DNA from: a virus | Lineage: Duplodnaviria > Heunggongvirae > Uroviricota > Caudoviricetes | Length of the DNA: 7,977 nt | Direction: 5' to 3' (one strand) | IMG/VR virus record: IMGVR_UViG_2545824714_000009 | Shown here: positions 6,510 to 7,977 of the stretch, in pieces | How the letters are laid out: each line of letters begins with the position of its first letter | Position numbering within the stretch: the stretch's first letter is position 1 | Translations under genes and position numbers: made by a program | Notes under the pieces: model-generated | What the model was told of the DNA's origin: nothing | Seen by the model: only the letters and a program-made list of their open reading frames with translations | Databases searched by the model: none

Positions 6510-7162
6510 TGAGTAATAAATATTGCCAGGCGCTGGTGGAACTGCGGAACAAACCAGCCCATGAACTGAAGGAAGTGGGCGATCAGTGGCGCACGCCGGA
6601 CAACATTTTCTGGGGAATTAACACCCTGTTTGGCCCGTTTGTTCTGGATCTGTTCACTGACGGTGATAACGCCAAATGTGCCGCGTATTACACGGCGGAA
6701 GACAACGCGCTGGCGCATGACTGGTCAGAACGTCTTGCGGAGCTTAAAGGTGCTGCCTTTGGTAATCCCCCATACAGCCGCGCCAGTCAGCATGAGGGGC
6801 AATACATCACCGGCATGCGTTACATCATGAAACATGCCAGTGCCATGCGTGATAAGGGCGGGCGCTATGTTTTCCTGATCAAAGCTGCCACCAGCGAAGT
6901 GTGGTGGCCGGAAGATGCAGATCATATTGCTTTTATTCGCGGGCGTATTGGTTTTGAACTGCCTGTCTGGTTTATCCCGAAAGACGAGAAGCAGGTACCG
7001 ACAGGAGCTTTTTTCGCTGGTGCTATTGCTGTTTTTGACAAGACCTGGAAGGGACCGGCAATCAGCTACATCGGGCGCGATGAACTTGAGGCATGTGGTG
7101 AGGCGTTTCTGGCGCAGGTTCGCCAGCAGGCGGAAAAACTGGTCAGGGAGATGGCGGCATGA
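6509..7162 (+). CDS. Phage Dam-family DNA N6-adenine methyltransferase (orphan; no restriction partner in window)
   Basis: ATG at 6509 overlaps the upstream TAA (translational coupling; alternative GTG at 6476). Contains the NPPY catalytic motif (FGNPPYSR) and WRTPDNIFWG…FVLDLFTD, typical of phage Dam-type methyltransferases. Confidence 0.85.
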   Translation: MSNKYCQALVELRNKPAHELKEVGDQWRTPDNIFWGINTLFGPFVLDLFTDGDNAKCAAYYTAEDNALAHDWSERLAELKGAAFGNPPYSRASQHEGQYITGMRYIMKHASAMRDKGGRYVFLIKAATSEVWWPEDADHIAFIRGRIGFELPVWFIPKDEKQVPTGAFFAGAIAVFDKTWKGPAISYIGRDELEACGEAFLAQVRQQAEKLVREMAA

Positions 7163-7485
7163 CGACGTTAACTCAATGCCAGCAGCAGGTGCTGGATATG
7201 CTGATTTCTTATCAGAAAGAACGTGGCTTCCCGCCAACCAATCAGGAGGTGGCAACCATGCTGGGATACCGTTCGGTGAATGCAGCGGTGGAGCATCTTC
7301 GCGCACTGGAGAAAAAAGGCGTCATCACGATAAAGCGTGGCGTGGCCCGGGGGATAACGCTTCATACCGCGGTGAAGGACGACGACAGCGAGGCGGTCGG
7401 GATTATCCGCGCACTGCTTGCCGGTGAGGAAAACGCAAGGCTGCGTGCAACCCACTGGTTACATGAGAGGGACCTGAAAGTATGA
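7159..7485 (+). CDS. LexA N-terminal DNA-binding-domain homolog lacking the S24 autocleavage domain (108 aa)
   Basis: ATGA overlap with the Dam stop; AGGGAG 8 nt upstream. LTQCQQQVLDMLISYQKERGFPPTNQEVATMLGYRSVNAAVEHLRALEKKGVITIKRGVARGITL aligns closely with E. coli LexA residues ~5-70 ([65 protein letters not shown]), including the recognition-helix SxNAAxEHL. The following ~40 aa have no Ser/Lys peptidase motifs. Confidence 0.8.
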   Translation: MTTLTQCQQQVLDMLISYQKERGFPPTNQEVATMLGYRSVNAAVEHLRALEKKGVITIKRGVARGITLHTAVKDDDSEAVGIIRALLAGEENARLRATHWLHERDLKV

Positions 7486-7763
7486 AGCTGATCCTGCCTT
7501 TTCCGCCCAGCGTGAACACGTACTGGCGACACCCCAACAAAGGGGCGTTTGCTGGTAAGAGCCTGATAAGCGCGGCGGGGCGAAAATTCCAGAGCGCGGC
7601 GTGCGCAGCAATAGTTGAGCAGTTACGTCGTCTGCCGAAACCAACGTCGGCACCTGCTTCAGTGGAGATCGTGTTGTTTCCTCCGGATAGACGGGATGGA
7701 AAACCGCCGCCATCGCCTGAACTGGGAAATGAGCCGGGACAGGTGTTTGCGGCTTGGCAGTAA
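7482..7763 (+). pseudogene. rusA: RusA-like Holliday-junction resolvase, N-terminal ~72 aa only; catalytic DxD region missing
   Basis: ATGA overlap with the upstream stop. LPFPPSVNTYWRH…VEIVLFPPDRR matches the RusA N-terminus (LPWPPSNNRYYRH…IRIECHMPDRRRRDLDN), but after PDRRD the translation becomes GKPPPSPELGNEPGQVFAAWQ, lacking the catalytic Asp residues. This is consistent with an IS junction near 7698. Confidence 0.6.
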
Positions 7764-7977
7764 CCGGCTCATTTAAACCGTCTTGTCTGTTTCCTCCGGC
7801 TCTACAAAAATAATGTCCATCATTTTTAATGGACACTATCGTATGAAACACCGGACCTGGATCACTGAAGCTTTACGTCTTCACTTTGAAGAACATTTAC
7901 CCCGGGTTGTGGCCGGGCGTCGCCTGGGTGTACCAAAATCAACAGTTTGTAGTATGTTCGTGCGCTTTCGGAGAGCT
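7698..7977 (+). mobile_element. Left end of a second insertion sequence (probably IS21-family, distinct from the one at the window start); boundary approximate
   Basis: Placed where the RusA homology stops (~7698) through the start of a transposase-like ORF at 7843. CCGGCTC is repeated at 7764-7770 and 7795-7801. No confident terminal repeat identified. Confidence 0.35.
7843..7977 (+). CDS. Transposase N-terminus (HTH), probably IstA of an IS21-family element; 3' end outside the window
   Basis: ATG at 7843, open to the window end: MKHRTWITEALRLHFEEHLPRVVAGRRLGVPKSTVCSMFVRFRRA. The pattern resembles IstA N-termini of the IS1326/IS408 group as I recall them. Not in the ORF track because no stop falls inside the window. 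Confidence 0.45.
   Translation, partial: MKHRTWITEALRLHFEEHLPRVVAGRRLGVPKSTVCSMFVRFRRA

Noticed and set aside
6532-6895. Two Chi sites (GCTGGTGG at 6532-6539 on plus; its complement at 6888-6895) in opposite orientation within the Dam gene
   Set aside because: Chi occurs roughly once per 5 kb in E. coli-like genomes, so two in 8 kb is unremarkable.
6049-7455. Multiple alternative-frame or antisense ORFs (6049-6234, 6269-6454, 6280-6552, 6506-6718, 6630-6830, 6725-7306, 6915-7427, 7168-7455)
   Set aside because: All overlap the PerC-like, Dam or LexA-like CDSs, which have RBSs, translational coupling and recognisable motifs. These regions are GC-rich, so spurious open frames are expected.
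7459-7851. 130-aa minus-strand ORF antisense to the RusA-like gene and IS junction
   Set aside because: Antisense to a recognisable RusA N-terminus and runs across the IS end; no RBS.

Overview
This window reads as the immunity/early region of a lambdoid (CPS-53/KpLE1-like) enterobacterial prophage, bounded at both ends by fragments of two different IS21-family insertion sequences. From left to right: an IstB tail (1-285); a leftward early operon with yfdR-like (HD-domain, cut short), yfdQ-like and yfdP-like genes; a roughly 440-bp GC-rich, structured non-coding leader; two convergent, overlapping small ORFs; OL-type operator repeats and a terminator; a CI-like repressor (leftward) and Cro-like regulator (rightward) around a divergent operator/promoter region; a CII-position gene; a replication initiator with an internal iteron origin; a PerC-like regulator; a Dam-family methyltransferase; a LexA DNA-binding-domain-only protein; and a RusA-like gene cut short just before the second IS. 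The most striking observation is a near-consensus LexA (SOS) box inside the cI coding sequence, in the same element that encodes a LexA DNA-binding domain lacking the autocleavage domain. All family assignments are from reading the translations and from recalled family signatures; no database search was run.
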